A stretch of DNA of 64,000 nt, from assembly GCF_000143415.4 (NCBI RefSeq), contig NW_003314274.1:2214623-2278622 (forward strand), given 5' to 3'. Below the pieces are notes generated by a model. It ran no database searches and was not told the DNA's origin. It saw only the letters and a list, made by a program, of their open reading frames with translations. Numbering within the stretch: position 1 is the stretch's first letter; each line of letters begins with the position of its first letter. Made by a program: the position numbers and the translations under genes. Shown here piece by piece: positions 39,841-52,751 of this stretch. The stretch is from Selaginella moellendorffii (Eukaryota; Plantae; Lycopodiophyta).

Positions 39841-41329
39841 TGCAGTTAAGATCCTAATCAGGGCTTAGCAGGATTAAACAGGTTTAGAGGCTGTGTGAAA
39901 GTTTTCTGTACTCCCTCCTCTCCTCTCTGCCTTCTCACTATCCGTGATCTCATTACTCATCAGCTCTTGTCCATTTCTAGAGGACTTTTGCCTTTTCTCA
40001 GTTCTTGTCTACTGTTATTTAGCCAGATTTACAACAAGAGTTCTCACACTCTGTGGGTGATGCCGTGAATCCAGCATAGCAGGAGAAAGGCCGAGTGGAA
40101 GTCTTGGATCTTGTGACAAAGGACGGGCTCTTGGACAACGCAAAAGAACTAGAAAAGCTAAAGCTGGTAATATGGTTTCTACAAAAGACAATAGTGTTCT
40201 CAGCTTTACACTATTGTCGTTCACGCAGGTTGAGATGATAATCATGGAAACCTTGTGACTCTATCCGCCAATAGCGATCATCCCTCGAATGGCACTCAAG
40301 GATTGCTACGTCGACCACCTCTTCATTCCAAAAGGGCTGGCAGTTAACGTGCACAATGCGGTGATACACCACAGTGCCGAGATGTGGGGAGAGGACTCGC
40401 ACGAGTTTAATCCCGACCGCTTTGCAAATGGGAGCTTGGCAGCGTGCAAGCATCCCATGGCTTTCATGGCACTCTCGTTTGGAGCGCGAGCTTGCGTCGG
40501 TCGGGCTTACTCTCAAGTCCAGGCCAAGATCATTGTGGCTTCTCTGTTGCAGATTCCAGTGGAGCTTGTTGCCCGATTATCGTCACAGCCCCACAGAGTT
40601 CCCATTGTGTTGACGCTGCTTGGCGCTAAAAAAGACTAGATTTATTTGTCCTTCTCGAAATGTACTCGAACAATGCTATAATCTGTAAAGGTTGAGAAGT
40701 TCTTTCTCAACTTTCCGTGCATGGCTGCATGCAAAAAGAGGGAGAACATGCTCCACTCCTGGAATGTTCTCAGTGCTTGATTTGCCCAGCATGACCAGGC
40801 AGAGCTCTTCAAAGAAATGGCTGCATTTTCTGAAAATATTGTCAGCTTCAAGAGCACTAGTACTTAGTGGAGTAGCTGCAGGAAATTCATCTAACTTCTT
40901 GTAAATCACAAAAAGAATGAGGGACGAGTGAAATCATTAAACAATGGATTAACACAAATGAGAACCACTCTGGGGCTTGGCAAAAAGGGAGCCAAGTCAA
41001 CGAGGAATCAAGACATTTTAAATAATGTTTGTTGTGAATAATAAAAGATTTTTTATGTTGACTAAAGAATATTTTGTTACAATACTGTTTTCAAATATGC
41101 TAAGAATATTCTTTGTAATACATTATAACTATATATTAAATCATGTAATTACTACAGCTATACTTTATAATATCAGATATTATTTTAACTACAATAATTT
41201 ATAACTCAAATCCATACACAATCCATACATATACAAGAACTAAGTTGCTTTTCCTTAATGCATATGTTATAATGCTCTAGATGCCTCTCTAGAAACTTAG
41301 TTACAACCTTCACATGAGGTGGTATATCA

Positions 41330-42033
41330 TCAAGAGCTTTCTTCATAATAACACGTTGAAACCATTGCACAATGTAGGGATCAAAATTTAGTCCAAAGGC
41401 ATTGTAACCATTGCATCAAGTAGCAACTAAAAAAGCCCTTGTACCATTGAAAAAATCAAGAATACAACCACCCTTATGGTAAAAGTGTTGCACAACCATG
41501 TTTGCCAAAGCTTCTAACTTTTGCAAAAGAGGTTATTTGTAAAAAATATTAAACATATTTTTTTGTTTAAAAAGAAATGATTTACCAAGCCTTGCATTCA
41601 ATGTCATTCATGGCAATGTTGGTTTTCATATTAGAGGAGATTCGACAAAAAGTTCAAAGCAAAGCCACTTTTTCCTCTACTACCATTCTTTTGTGGAATA
41701 ATAGCATTGAAATAGCTTTGATCTATATTGCAAAATCAATTACTAATACAAGAACTTTAAACATACATGCTTCTTGCCTCTAAAACCCTAGTTTATTCGT
41801 GACTCCAATATATAATCTTCAATTAAAAAAAATGAGCTCAAGAAAACACCTCTACCATCTCAATTGTCTGTGATGTCATTTTAAAAGCTAAACACCAATT
41901 GAAAGTCCCTCAAAATTCATTTGCAAGACTAACACCAAAATATAATTGAGTTGGATCATTATCATCATATTTCTTCATTAACCCCCCTCAGCAGCTCCGA
42001 TGAAGCTAAAGGGAAGTCAAGGATAACCAAGTC
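41330..42033 (-). pseudogene. Decayed, intron-containing beta-class DNA amino-methyltransferase (N6-adenine/N4-cytosine, N6_N4_Mtase-like) domain
   Basis: Manual minus-strand translation gives motif IV-like DLVILDFPL (42033-42007) and KIIYW. It then gives LQKLEALANMVVQHFYHKGGCILDFFNGTRAFLVAT*CNGYNAFGLNFDPYIVQWFQRVI (~41525-41350), matching motif X (QKP..L) and SAM-binding motif I (vLDpFxGxGxxLvA..g....G.e.dp). Confidence 0.7.
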
Positions 42034-42982
42034 TAAAAAATTAATCAATAAGTGAGTATCGAAAAAAATTTAAAAAAATTTATTTGCTCGATGTGAAGGT
42101 TCACCAATAGAGGAACTCTGAGAGTGGTGATATATAAACTTCTTCAACTCCTTAAGAGTTAAATTATGCTGCTTAAAAGTCTTAGTATCTGAAGCTTTCT
42201 CATCTTCACCAATCTCAGAATCGTCATTAAAATCCTCATTAGCATATTTATTATATGTTTTGTAGCTTTTTTGAAAAATGACTTCAGCCAAGTCTTCCAC
42301 AACTCTATACTAGATAACAAAGTGGCTAAGTGTTTTTGGCATTTCATCTGGATCATTAATATATGGCTTCCATCCAAGCTTGCAAGAAAGCTTTTTTCCT
42401 TTCTTCTTTGAAACTTAGACTTCTTCCACTTTAGAATTAACTAGAAAAACATGGTTAAATACAAAATAAATAAAGAAATTTTGTTGGCTTACTAGATGTA
42501 ATGGATGCTTTTAGTGCTTTTTGAGTAGCACACCTTCTCCTCTTCTTTTCCGGCTGTGTCTTCACTTAGTACACTTGTCAACATAGTCAAATTCTATCAA
42601 GAATTCCTCCTTGATGGTTGCGAGTTGCTTCTTCTTGAATTAGTCTTGCGCATGTGAGTTCCACATTTCTTACTCCACCTTCAGCACCACAGCAATGCTA
42701 AGATCTAACCACCAAAGATAATTTCCCACTCATAATTTGTGACTCCAATACATTTAGACAACTTCTCATCACCATACATGTCGGTAGGTGAGGTAGGGGA
42801 CAACTATGGCTCAACGATAGTTAGAATTGCTTTCCACACAGATTTGAAGTACCTGAAAAATAAAAATAAATTAAAACTTGAAGAGTACGAAGTGATGGAA
42901 GTGTTACTTATATGTAAGATGTTAGCCAACTTTCTACATTACTGAATCATTTGTCTTGTCTCCATAGTTTTCATCATCCTCC

Positions 42983-44522
42983 TGTGAGACACAAAATCCC
43001 TAGGCCCCAAAGTGGAGCCAGAAGGGTGCCACGTGGTAGTGGCCAAAGCAAAAGCCAAACGAGCGTAACATGTTTGGACCAAAAGTTTCGACTTGAAAGG
43101 TCAAGAGTGGGAGTGGAACTCCCAATGAAGTGCTCAAGGAACAAGTGCGAAGCAAGCGATAAGTGAGTCTCTAGAAAAGGGACACGAGATGGACCCAAGA
43201 TGGAGTCCGAGATGGAGTTTGAGATGGACCCGAGATGGAGTCTGAGATGGACCCGAGATGGATCCGAGATGGACCCGAGATGGAGTCCGAGATGGAATTC
43301 GAAATGGACCCGAGATGGAACCGAGATGGAATCGAGACCGAGACCGAGACCGAGTCCGAGTCCAAAACCGGGACCAGGACCGAGTCTGAGTCCGAGTTCG
43401 AGTCCAAATCCGAGTCTGAATACTAATACAAGCTATTGGGTGAAAGCCCAAAGTGATCATCCCTCGGGGGGGGGGGGGGGGGGGGGGGGNNNNNNNNNNN
43501 NNNNNNNNNNNNNNNNNNNNNNNNNNNNNNNNNNNNNNNNNNNNNNNNNNNNNNNNNNNNNNNNNNNNNNNNNNNNNNNNNNNNNNNNNAAGTATAGTAG
43601 GGAGAGTCTGGCGCTTAGAGCCCAGTGGAGCCAGATTGGCCAGGAAAGGCTAGTTGGGCCCAGGAAGGCTATACCCAGTGTTGGGTGATGAACTGACCAC
43701 TGGGAAGTCTAAGACTAGAGTGAATACTGACCGACAAGCAGGGTAATTTGGTGAAGTGTTCAAGAGCCGGCTCTAGTTCCCCCGGGAGATCGAATGGTCG
43801 AGGCTCCCAATCCAAGTGTGGGTGGCACTACCTACTTGGATATTTGGCGTGGCTCAACGGAACCTCGCTCTAAGCCCATGGCTAGAGCACCCAAAGGCAG
43901 AAGGCGGGGAGAGTACCCACGAGGCTCGCATAAAGCCACGGTGTTCCAAAATGTTGCCCCAAAGTCCCAGGCTGCTGTCCTCTAGGGTAGAGACCAAGGA
44001 TACGGTCATGTGAGGAGGAAGTCCAAGAGGACTGTAGGACTTAGTGGTCGGGCTTGTGGGCCTTGATCTAGTGGTAGTGTTGGCGAACACAGTTATGTGC
44101 AAAAAGGGACTTGGTGGGGACCGAAAAAGGGATATTGGGGAAGGCCATTCCCCATGTCTACAGGCATTCTAAGGATGCTAAGGAGAGGATTTGGGATGAT
44201 CACTTATGGACAAATGGCCCAGTCTTTGAGAGACGGGGTTGTGAGGTAGGTGGTGTCAGACCACTAGTGTGACCAAGGTGAATGGGCATAACCTTAGCAT
44301 AATGGGTTGATATGTCGGTGGTACCTTGGGGTATCGGTTATGGGACCGGACATGTGGAGCACTTGGACCAAGTGCAAAGGATGAGTGGCATGGATGCTAT
44401 TCTCGGGGCTAGTAAGTCCCAAGTCCTGAATTGGACTTAAGGAGGTTGTGAATAAGATTACTCCAAGTGGTCGAAGATGTGGTTAAGTGACTAAAGTAGA
44501 ATGGAAAAATTAGTCATTAACA
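42983..44522 (+). mobile_element. Diverged solo LTR of the LARD-like family, inserted in an exon of the decayed minus-strand gene; contains an assembly gap
   Basis: TGTGAGACAC..TAGTCATTAACA, colinear with 17850-19722. Flanks CCTCC/CCTCG (4/5 TSD); no adjacent PBS or PPT. Confidence 0.88.
43490..43589. other. Assembly gap (100 N) after a poly-G run
   Basis: N run. Confidence 1.
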
Positions 44523-45539
44523 CCTCGTCTTCAATCTCAACTTTACTAGATACTAGCTAAAGCTACAACCAAATTTGTAGAATTCCAAACTTGAGCTTAC
44601 ACTTATTGTAATATTCCAACAGTATTTTGTACTTTGATCGATCTGCTTTAAAGAAAAGTTCTTTACCCACCTTTTCAACATGTCCAATTGTTGTTTCCAC
44701 CATCTTGATGTTTATCACCTTTTTCCTCCACCAAACTTGAAATGGCTCATTAGTAGTTGAGATTGAAGAGTTTTCAACTTTAGACGTTTTGCTAGCTACT
44801 CTTAACTCCTTGAATGTTGCTAGCTTGTATGAATTTGGAATTTATGCTTAAGCTATCATGTTCAGCTTCTCAAATGTACACTATTTATATTGTGGATCCT
44901 CTATATTGAAGCTCATCATAGCATCAAACCATCCCCCCCCCCAAGATTCGGATGTGAGATGTTGATCAGCTTTATCATTTTTGTTGTATATTTTTGCTTG
45001 ATTTTGTAATCTTTGTTAGAAGTAGCATCAATGTTGAGGCTTTTCTTCTTTAATCTCTCCAAGTCTTTATTGATGTCATACTAGAGAAACAAAAAAAAAA
45101 TACTCAAAATAAGTACTTTAGCAAATTTAAGTATCTCAAATAGGATGTGTGTGTAGATATATTTTCACAGGGCTAATATATCCCCAAATTGGGAATGGAA
45201 CTTATGGAGGTCACGCTTTCAAGTAGTTGAAAGTGGCATGTATGTCTTTAACTTTTGCACTTGATCCAAGTGCTCCATGTGTTTGATCCCATAATTGACA
45301 CCCCTAGGGTGAAGGAACTTGGCATAGCTATTGGATTAGTTTCCTTGGCTATTGTCATGTTTAGTTAGATCTTTTCCTCATTTGTGAGTTCATTTATAAT
45401 CTTGTTAGCATCTACTTTTGCACAGCTATAATCATATGTGGAAGAGTCATTTTGACTACCGTATCTTCATGTTGCCTACATAAGAAAAATTATATCAATA
45501 AAGAATTTAGAGAAGAAATAAGCATACCTATTCATTGAA

Positions 45540-45900
45540 GTCAAAGCCACAATGAGTATTATACGATCTTTGTCTTTAAACTCTATCACTACAACATCTA
45601 CTATGACATAGTATCTCAAAATGTCCTCATCAGTTGGATTTAAATAGTTCAAATCTATCTATAATAACCATGCCTTGAATTAGTGATTTCCCTCCTACAC
45701 AAGTAACATCCGATGGGAAAGAACTTCCTTCCATTTGGCATAAGTCTCATCCCTCAAAGTGGCTTTGAATTCCATGTCAAACTACTATCATATCTCATTT
45801 CAGGAAGCTCTTTTTTCGTTCAACCCTTTACCACAATAAACTTATACTCTATTGCACAAAGCCTCATTGTTAAATAGTAAACCTAAGCTAATCTACAATA
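45540..45900 (-). pseudogene. Possible Ulp1/C48 SUMO-protease relic
   Basis: Minus-strand fragments EGNH*F (NHW), IDLNYLNP and RQRSYNTHCGF occur in the His..Asp/Asn..Gln..Cys order of C48 peptidases. Heavily degraded. Confidence 0.35.
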
Positions 45901-46529
45901 TCCACCACAAATCATACCACTAAATTCGATATCATGTAACATAGAGGCACTCGGGGAGGTGGAATTTTTTTCTTGATTATTAGTTGTTATAGCAAATGTG
46001 AGACAACTTTCATTTTGAACTTCAAGGGACAATTGAACGAACTTGTATCTAGAATTTCGTTTTGTACTTGTGGTTTTACTTTTTGTTTTTCCTTTCCTTT
46101 AACCCCATCCTTACCTCTTCCCTTGTAACTGTTCTTCTTTGTGTAACTTGACTCTTTAAAGGGTCAAGGCCATCATCATCTTCTTCTTTATTTTGTTATT
46201 GCTCCTCTTCCTTCTTAGACTCATCTCCAGGCAATTCAATATTCTTTATTTACTTAAGATTCTTAGATTGCTTGCTTTGTTAAGGATTGTTTGATGAAGC
46301 TTTAAAAAAGTTCTTTTACCGCACTATGCCCATATTCCTCACAGCATGGATAACAATATTCTTGATAAATATTGCCTTTTTGCATGTGTTCTAACAACTT
46401 GCTGAAGTCTAAAAAGAGCAAGCATAAACCTGAAAAAAAAAAAAAAAAAAAAAACTAAGATCAATAATTGCAAATCAAGGTGGCTAAGTGCAGGAATTGG
46501 CTTGCTCACCACTACATGAGCTGTTGGTG

Positions 46530-46845
46530 CTATGGCTCCCTCCATGGTAGCTCCGAGTGGTGGCACTCACCACCAGCCAAGTTGCCGTATGAAGGGGAGT
46601 GGCACCATGGCTCCCCCCATGGCAACTTAGGTGGTGGTGAGTGCCACCACTTAGACTTGCCATGGGGGGAGCCATGGCACCAGTCCCCTCATGTGGCAAT
46701 GTGATTCATGGCCGATTCTTGCTGTCAGGGTTGTCGTGAGAATTGCCATGGCATTGCCCAAGCTCTCATAGTGGGCTGCTACCACAACCTATATTGCCAT
46801 GGGGGGGCCATGGCGCCCACCCCATCACATGGCGGCCATGGCAGT
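46530..46845. repeat. GC-rich inverted-repeat island with ~9 CCATGG palindromes and a near-perfect 33-bp-arm hairpin at 46605-46677
   Basis: CCATGGCTCCCCCCATGGCAACTTAGGTGGTGG-tgagtg-CCACCACTTAGACTTGCCATGGGGGGAGCCATGG. Confidence 0.85.
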
Positions 46846-47120
46846 TTGAGTTGGGTAAGCTTGATCCATTATAAGAGCTTGGGTGGCACCTTAGCAATTT
46901 TTGCAACAGCGAGAAAGTGCTTCTTACCTGTGTGCTTGTTGCTCCTTGCCATGCTCAACCCATCTCTCACTTAGAAACCCTAGCCCAATTTTAATGTTAA
47001 CCTTAGAAACCCTTAAAGCCTTAAATCAATTTTGGAGAAAAGTTACAGTTGGAAGAATTTACTGCCATTAATGAATTGATTTTTTTATAAGATGTGTTTT
47101 GATTTTCCCTCGTTTTAAGT

Positions 47121-48336
47121 ATGGCTAAAAATCCAGTAGCAAGTGATATTGTGATGGTGATAGTGAGATATCAAGGGAGATAGAGAAAAGATCTTTATGT
47201 ACTTTTTTTGGGCTTTATTCTAATCAAGTTAAAATGTTATAAAGGGCTCAAGATATAGAATTGCTTTGGGTTATAGTGATAGAAATTTCTTTAGGTGGGA
47301 AAATGTATTTTGCACTAAATTTGATTGTAAAAGTAGAGTTTCAACTAAAGGAGTTTATGGTAAGTTTAAATGATACAACAACTTAGAGTAGAGAGGTTTT
47401 TTCTTCAACAACAAATGAGAAGAAGCCGTATGCATCTTTAGCAATAACAAACTCTTTAGTGGTAAGCTCAACAAAAAATGTAGATACAGAAGGACATATA
47501 GGTAATGGATTTATGCTTGAATTACTAAAGCCTATGAAAGTTACAAACACACTGATTCAAAATATTAATGTAGAACTCTTGTGAATCGATCTGAACTTCC
47601 TAAAAACTATAATGGAGAGTTGGTCTTTGAGCTTCCACTTTCTAAAAATTTCATGAAGGGGATGTACTAGAATCAAGATAAGCACGTTTGGGTGAAACTT
47701 ATGGCTTGAAAAGCTAACTACTTTACTAGAAGAGTTCGAAAGAGTAGTTGTGCTAGATTCCTTTAATGCTTCAACTTAGACTGCCCATATTACAATCAGT
47801 TTCAAGAGTTCAATTGCAAATAGTTTCATGGTGTGTTATATATTTTACTTAAACGAGGTGAGGTACTTATAAAGCAATTTGGTTCTATAAAATATCACTT
47901 TTGCAAGGAGTTTTCACAATATGAAGGAGAATGTGGAACTCACATTTTTTATGTTATCCTAAAATGTGACATTCACAAGAGTAGCAATTCACGTTAGTCA
48001 ACATAACCATCTAGTGGTGAGTGAGACATCTTAGAGTCTTTGGACATGATTACATCTGTTGTTTCAAAGGTAGCAAATCAATCTCTAAGAGCTTAACTTG
48101 GAATTATAACTATTAAAGTAGCAAACAAGTTGATTCTTCAAAATTTTTTATAATCAATTTTAAACACTATGACACTTTCACCCTAACAATTGAGCAAAGC
48201 ACGAAATAGTCTTTCAACACTTACCAATAAATGAAAGTAGATTTAGTCAATTTGAAATATTATTTTGTACTTACTTTAAAATATCTTTGTAGGATGTGAA
48301 TTGTAATAGAAAACTCCAGAGGGAATCTAAAGTGTC
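47121..48336 (+). pseudogene. Decayed ORF with a GCM/WRKY-type zinc-binding domain (transposase N-terminus-like), cut by the assembly gap
   Basis: Fragments LPKNYNGELVFELP, DKHVWVKL, RVRKSSCARFL*CFNLDCPYY..N..F, HFCK..EC and VAIHVSQHNH; many stops. Confidence 0.45.
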
Positions 48337-49040
48337 NNNNNNNNNNNNNNNNNNNNNNNNNNNNNNNNNNNNNNNNNNNNNNNNNNNNNNNNNNNNNNNN
48401 NNNNNNNNNNNNNNNNNNNNNNNNNNNNNNNNNNNNNNNNNNNNNNNNNNNNNNNNNNNNNNNNNNNNNNNNNNNNNNNNNNNNNNNNNNNNNNNNNNNN
48501 NNNNNNNNNNNNNNNNNNNNNNNNNNNNNNNNNNNNNNNNNNNNNNNNNNNNNNNNNNNNNNNNNNNNNNNNNNNNNNNNNNNNNNNNNNNNNNNNNNNN
48601 NNNNNNNNNNNNNNNNNNNNNNNNNNNNNNNNNNNNNNNNNNNNNNNNNNNNNNNNNNNNNNNNNNNNNNNNNNNNNNNNNNNNNNNNNNNNNNNNNNNN
48701 NNNNNNNNNNNNNNNNNNNNNNNNNNNNNNNNNNNNNNNNNNNNNNNNNNNNNNNNNNNNNNNNNNNNNNNNNNNNNNNNNNNNNNNNNNNNNNNNNNNN
48801 NNNNNNNNNNNNNNNNNNNNNNNNNNNNNNNNNNNNNNNNNNNNNNNNNNNNNNNNNNNNNNNNNNNNNNNNNNNNNNNNNNNNNNNNNNNNNNNNNNNN
48901 NNNNNNNNNNNNNNNNNNNNNNNNNNNNNNNNNNNNNNNNNNNNNNNNNNNNNNNNNNNNNNNNNNNNNNNNNNNNNNNNNNNNNNNNNNNNNNNNNNNN
49001 NNNNNNNNNNNNNNNNNNNNNNNNNNNNNNNNNNNNNNNN
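48337..49040. other. Assembly gap
   Basis: N run. Confidence 1.
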
Positions 49041-49149
49041 GGGATGCTAATTATTTCTCAAGTGAGCGATCTTTTTTATTAATTCTCTTTCTATTGTAGA
49101 TTTCTGAAATAGTTGTTACCCAAATTCTAATAACAAATCTTACTAAGTA

Positions 49150-50080
49150 ACTCTTAGTAACTCATGATTGTCCAAGAACTTAATTAGTCGTACTGCTCAA
49201 TGGGCTTTGAAGCTTCAGATATATGATTTTGATGTTGTTCATTGCCCAAGGAGTTCTATGGCTGATGCTGATACCCTTTCTCGAATTCCTCTTCCTTCTC
49301 CATTCTCTTCTCATGTTTCTGACGAGCCTGTTGTTCCAGCCTCTATGGATTTTCTAGATGAGGATCCTGTGTTGTCGGTGGTTGCTGTACTTGACGTTCA
49401 GTGTCCACAAGGCATAGAGCAAGATCTACCTTCTCTTGATGAGGTTCATGAAGCTCAAAAGATTGAGTCGTGGATTCGAAGGCTTCGAGATGGGTTTCAA
49501 AATCCTGTATCACTTGCTGATGACTTGCCTTTCCGGCATTTACATTTTCAATATCGCCTTGAAGACGTCCTTCTTTATTTTGTGGGGACGGATCCTGATG
49601 ATCATTTACGGCTGGTGGTGCCTTCTATCTTTATTCCGCGGTTTCTCCATGCCTACCATGATTCTCCTGTTCTATATAGGCATATGGGACATTGTCGTGT
49701 AACTAAGAAGCTGCGCAGGTCTTTCTATTGGCCAAAGATGCGACATGATATTATCCGGTATGTGCGTAGTTGCATTTGGTGCCAAGCTCGTAATACTCCC
49801 TCTCAGGCTGCCGAAGGACGGTTGGAGTCAATTGCAGTTTTCCATCCATTTGAGTTGGTGGCATTTGATTTTATGGGACCTTTTCCATAGTTGATTGCTA
49901 GCAATGAGTATATTATTATTGCTTCTGACTACTTGACTCATTGGGTAGAAGTTGGTGCTGTTGCTAGCGCCTCTGCAACTGCTGTTGGATACTTCCTCCT
50001 CAATCGAGTGGTGTTCCAGCATTCTTGTCTAGAGCAGATTTTTTCGGATAATGGTCCCACATTTATGGCTGAGGCATTCA
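49150..50080 (+). mobile_element. Ty3/gypsy pol fragment (end of RNase H, integrase HHCC and start of catalytic core), same family as 56796-60363
   Basis: WALKLQIYDFDVVH..ADTLSR; H..HMG..FYWP..CIWCQ; PFELVAFDFMGPFP*; SDNGPTF. In-frame stop, truncated. Confidence 0.9.
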
Positions 50081-50099
50081 TATAAATATGTATAAAAAC

Positions 50100-52750
50100 T
50101 TGTTGTAGGAAAAAAATGACTAAGTCATTCCAACAAGTTTTAGATAGAGGTATATATTTAGAGCTACTTGTTTTTGCTAGCTATATCAACTGTAAAATTT
50201 ATTACAGTTCATGGACAATCACGAACTAAATGACCATTCAAATCTAACTCAATCAGAATAAGTTCACTAACATGTCTAGCCAATAGCTTTGAGTATGCCT
50301 TAAAGAGGCTAGCTTGCATGATCAACACTCAGTTAAAACTAAAGTAAAAACCATGAGATAGACTCATATTTGTACACAACCTCCTCATAGACAAAGTTAG
50401 TATGGGTACTAACATCTCAACCTCAAACAACTAAGTCAAACATCATCATTTTTAGCCAAGGCACAAAGCTACCAAGATTAAGTCAAGAAAATGAGAGTAT
50501 TCTCATAGAGTTTAACAAAATGCAAAGTATAACTTGCCACCTAGCATAACGCTAAAAAAGAAAGGTACAAGGGTCACCTTTTTAGAAAGGCATAATAGTC
50601 ATTTTTCTTTACTAATTCCAGACTCTATCCACCTTAATTGCCTTAGCCCTAAAAATCAGCATCCCTTTCAGGTTGCATCATACAAAAGTTTAGGCTAACC
50701 AAAATCAACTCTAACCCTTTCATTAGTCCTATTTTCTTATGAAAATAGAATGGTTTTCAAGCAAAATGATCAATAGATTAACCATTGGAAAAGTCTAAGA
50801 AAATTTGTGGAAAATTTCCCATCTTAGAGAAAAAATGATTATAAGTTTAGGAATTTAAGCTTTCAAAACTCAACCAACTTCCTCCAACTAACAACTTCAT
50901 ATAGGTTCACCTCAACATAAATTCTCAAAACCTGACAATATGCTTAAGCATGCCCATATTTCTGATATCTGACATCGACATCCGCAAAATACAAAATGAA
51001 CATCTAAGGCTTAATCATGAAGACCATATCTTTAGATATCCATATTGCACTAACACTCTTCATCAATTACTTTCAAGATCCAATGTGAAACCAAAACACT
51101 AATAAGAAAAATAACATGAAAAATTAAGGTTTAAGGAAAATTCCTTATCACTTAACATAACAATGTTATTTCCACTAACACAAGTGCTAGCGATGTTAAT
51201 GCCTCAACTACACACCTTCTCCATCCAACAATCTACTCCAAACGCTAACCAATAAACAAATAAGACATAACAAGTGAATATTATAACCTTTTTTAACACT
51301 TTATAGCAAACCCTCAAAGAAACAAAGTACTAATTTAAGCTTAATATAATAGATTACCATTGAGAATCCAATCAAAGCTCAAAGTAGACTAGCTTCACTA
51401 TTAACTACTTTGGGGTTGATCATCGTTTAACCAAGCAACTTTATAAACAAATTGCTCACTATCACATGGATATGATATAAAATCACAATAACTTGATCAT
51501 TAATTGAGCAACACTACGAGCAATGCTTATATCACTACTACAAAAGTTTATATAAGTATAAAATGCCAACTTGATTTGATAAAATGCAACATAAATGCCA
51601 CACCCCACCAATAGAGATTTATAGCACCTAACACTATTAACTTTTGTTCATAATATGGAAAAACTTATGCCACTCTCTATCTGACTAAACTCAAAACTAA
51701 TCCAACACCAATCTACTCAAGGAGCAATAGCAAGGTTCCCTGGAAAAAGAATTGAACATTGTAACCCAAATCTTCAATAACAAGCCTAGACAAAATGGTT
51801 TAGCACTTCATTACTATCTATCCCATGATTCACCATTTATAAGACCATCATAACTAATATATATCAAGATAGAGACTCTCAATTGCATAATATAAACACA
51901 AGTAGTGAATTAACACCTCATTGCAAATCATTTCTCCAAGAAAAAGAAAATGATTTACGTGTTTGATACTTCATCTTTGATGACTCTCTTTTTAATCTCA
52001 TCTTGACTAAACTTCAAGCTTGCATTCACATTGCCTTCAATCCAAGCTAAAAAAAGTTTATGAAAGAGCATGGCAATGACTACTTGAACCAATAAATTGA
52101 TAATTTTGATTGATCCACTTATAATTATGTCTAGGAAAGATCCACTAATGCCGTGCTAAACAGCTACGAACCAGCCTATTTACCACTTATAGCAAACCTA
52201 AGAGAGGCTTACTTTTACCCACGGTACATAAAACAACTTATGGTACCCACCAATAGGCTAATATTAATCCTGCCAACTCAGTATCCTCGCTCATGAGTTT
52301 GTGCTTGGGCACAAACTTGTGCAAACAAAGTATCTCAATCCATCATATGAGCCCAAGAGTAACCTCATATAATATGGTACAAAAGGTAACTAAAATCCAA
52401 ACCAAAGGAACGAATGCAAAGTCATAGCATCCAAATGTGTACCCACTTTGCTTGGAAATTCAATTCTAACCTTTCATTTAATGGCCCAAGGCTCTGAAAC
52501 TCAAGTCTCATTTCATTGTCTTTGACACATGTGTCAAAGAGTTAGGTTTTGCTTTATGATTCTCCTATGATAATTCACTATAGAATACATGGTAAAAACC
52601 ACATGCACTACAATGCCAGACCTTAAAAAAATCTCAAACTCTATTTTTTGAAGAGCATATGACTACAGTAGCATAACTTTTCATATGTAACACATTTACA
52701 ACATCAAACTCATTCATTCAAATATACTATATTCATGCATACTACACAAA
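50100..52750 (+). mobile_element. Probable heavily decayed LINE ORF2 relic
   Basis: A/C-rich strand bias; faint RT-like IALTLFIN remnant (~51045) and C-terminal zinc-finger-like PLC..ET..HCL..C remnant (~52440-52535). Confidence 0.35.
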
Positions 52751-52751
52751 G

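Larger units (their letters stand above)
33961..40639 (+). pseudogene. Cytochrome P450 (CYP72-clan-like) pseudogene fragmented by insertions (pieces ~33961-34095, 36520-37165, 40040-40639)
   Basis: Colinear with 60628-62348. The ExxR arginine is mutated to a stop (ACCTTGTGA, ~40251-40259); frameshifts present; heme motif SFGARACVG retained. Confidence 0.88.

Noticed and set aside
46928-46952. MARSNKHT exon resembling a histone H3/CENH3 N-terminus
   Set aside because: Only 8 codons, and no histone fold follows.
48296-49099. 267-aa ORF, and ORFs across 43490-43589
   Set aside because: Artefacts of N runs.
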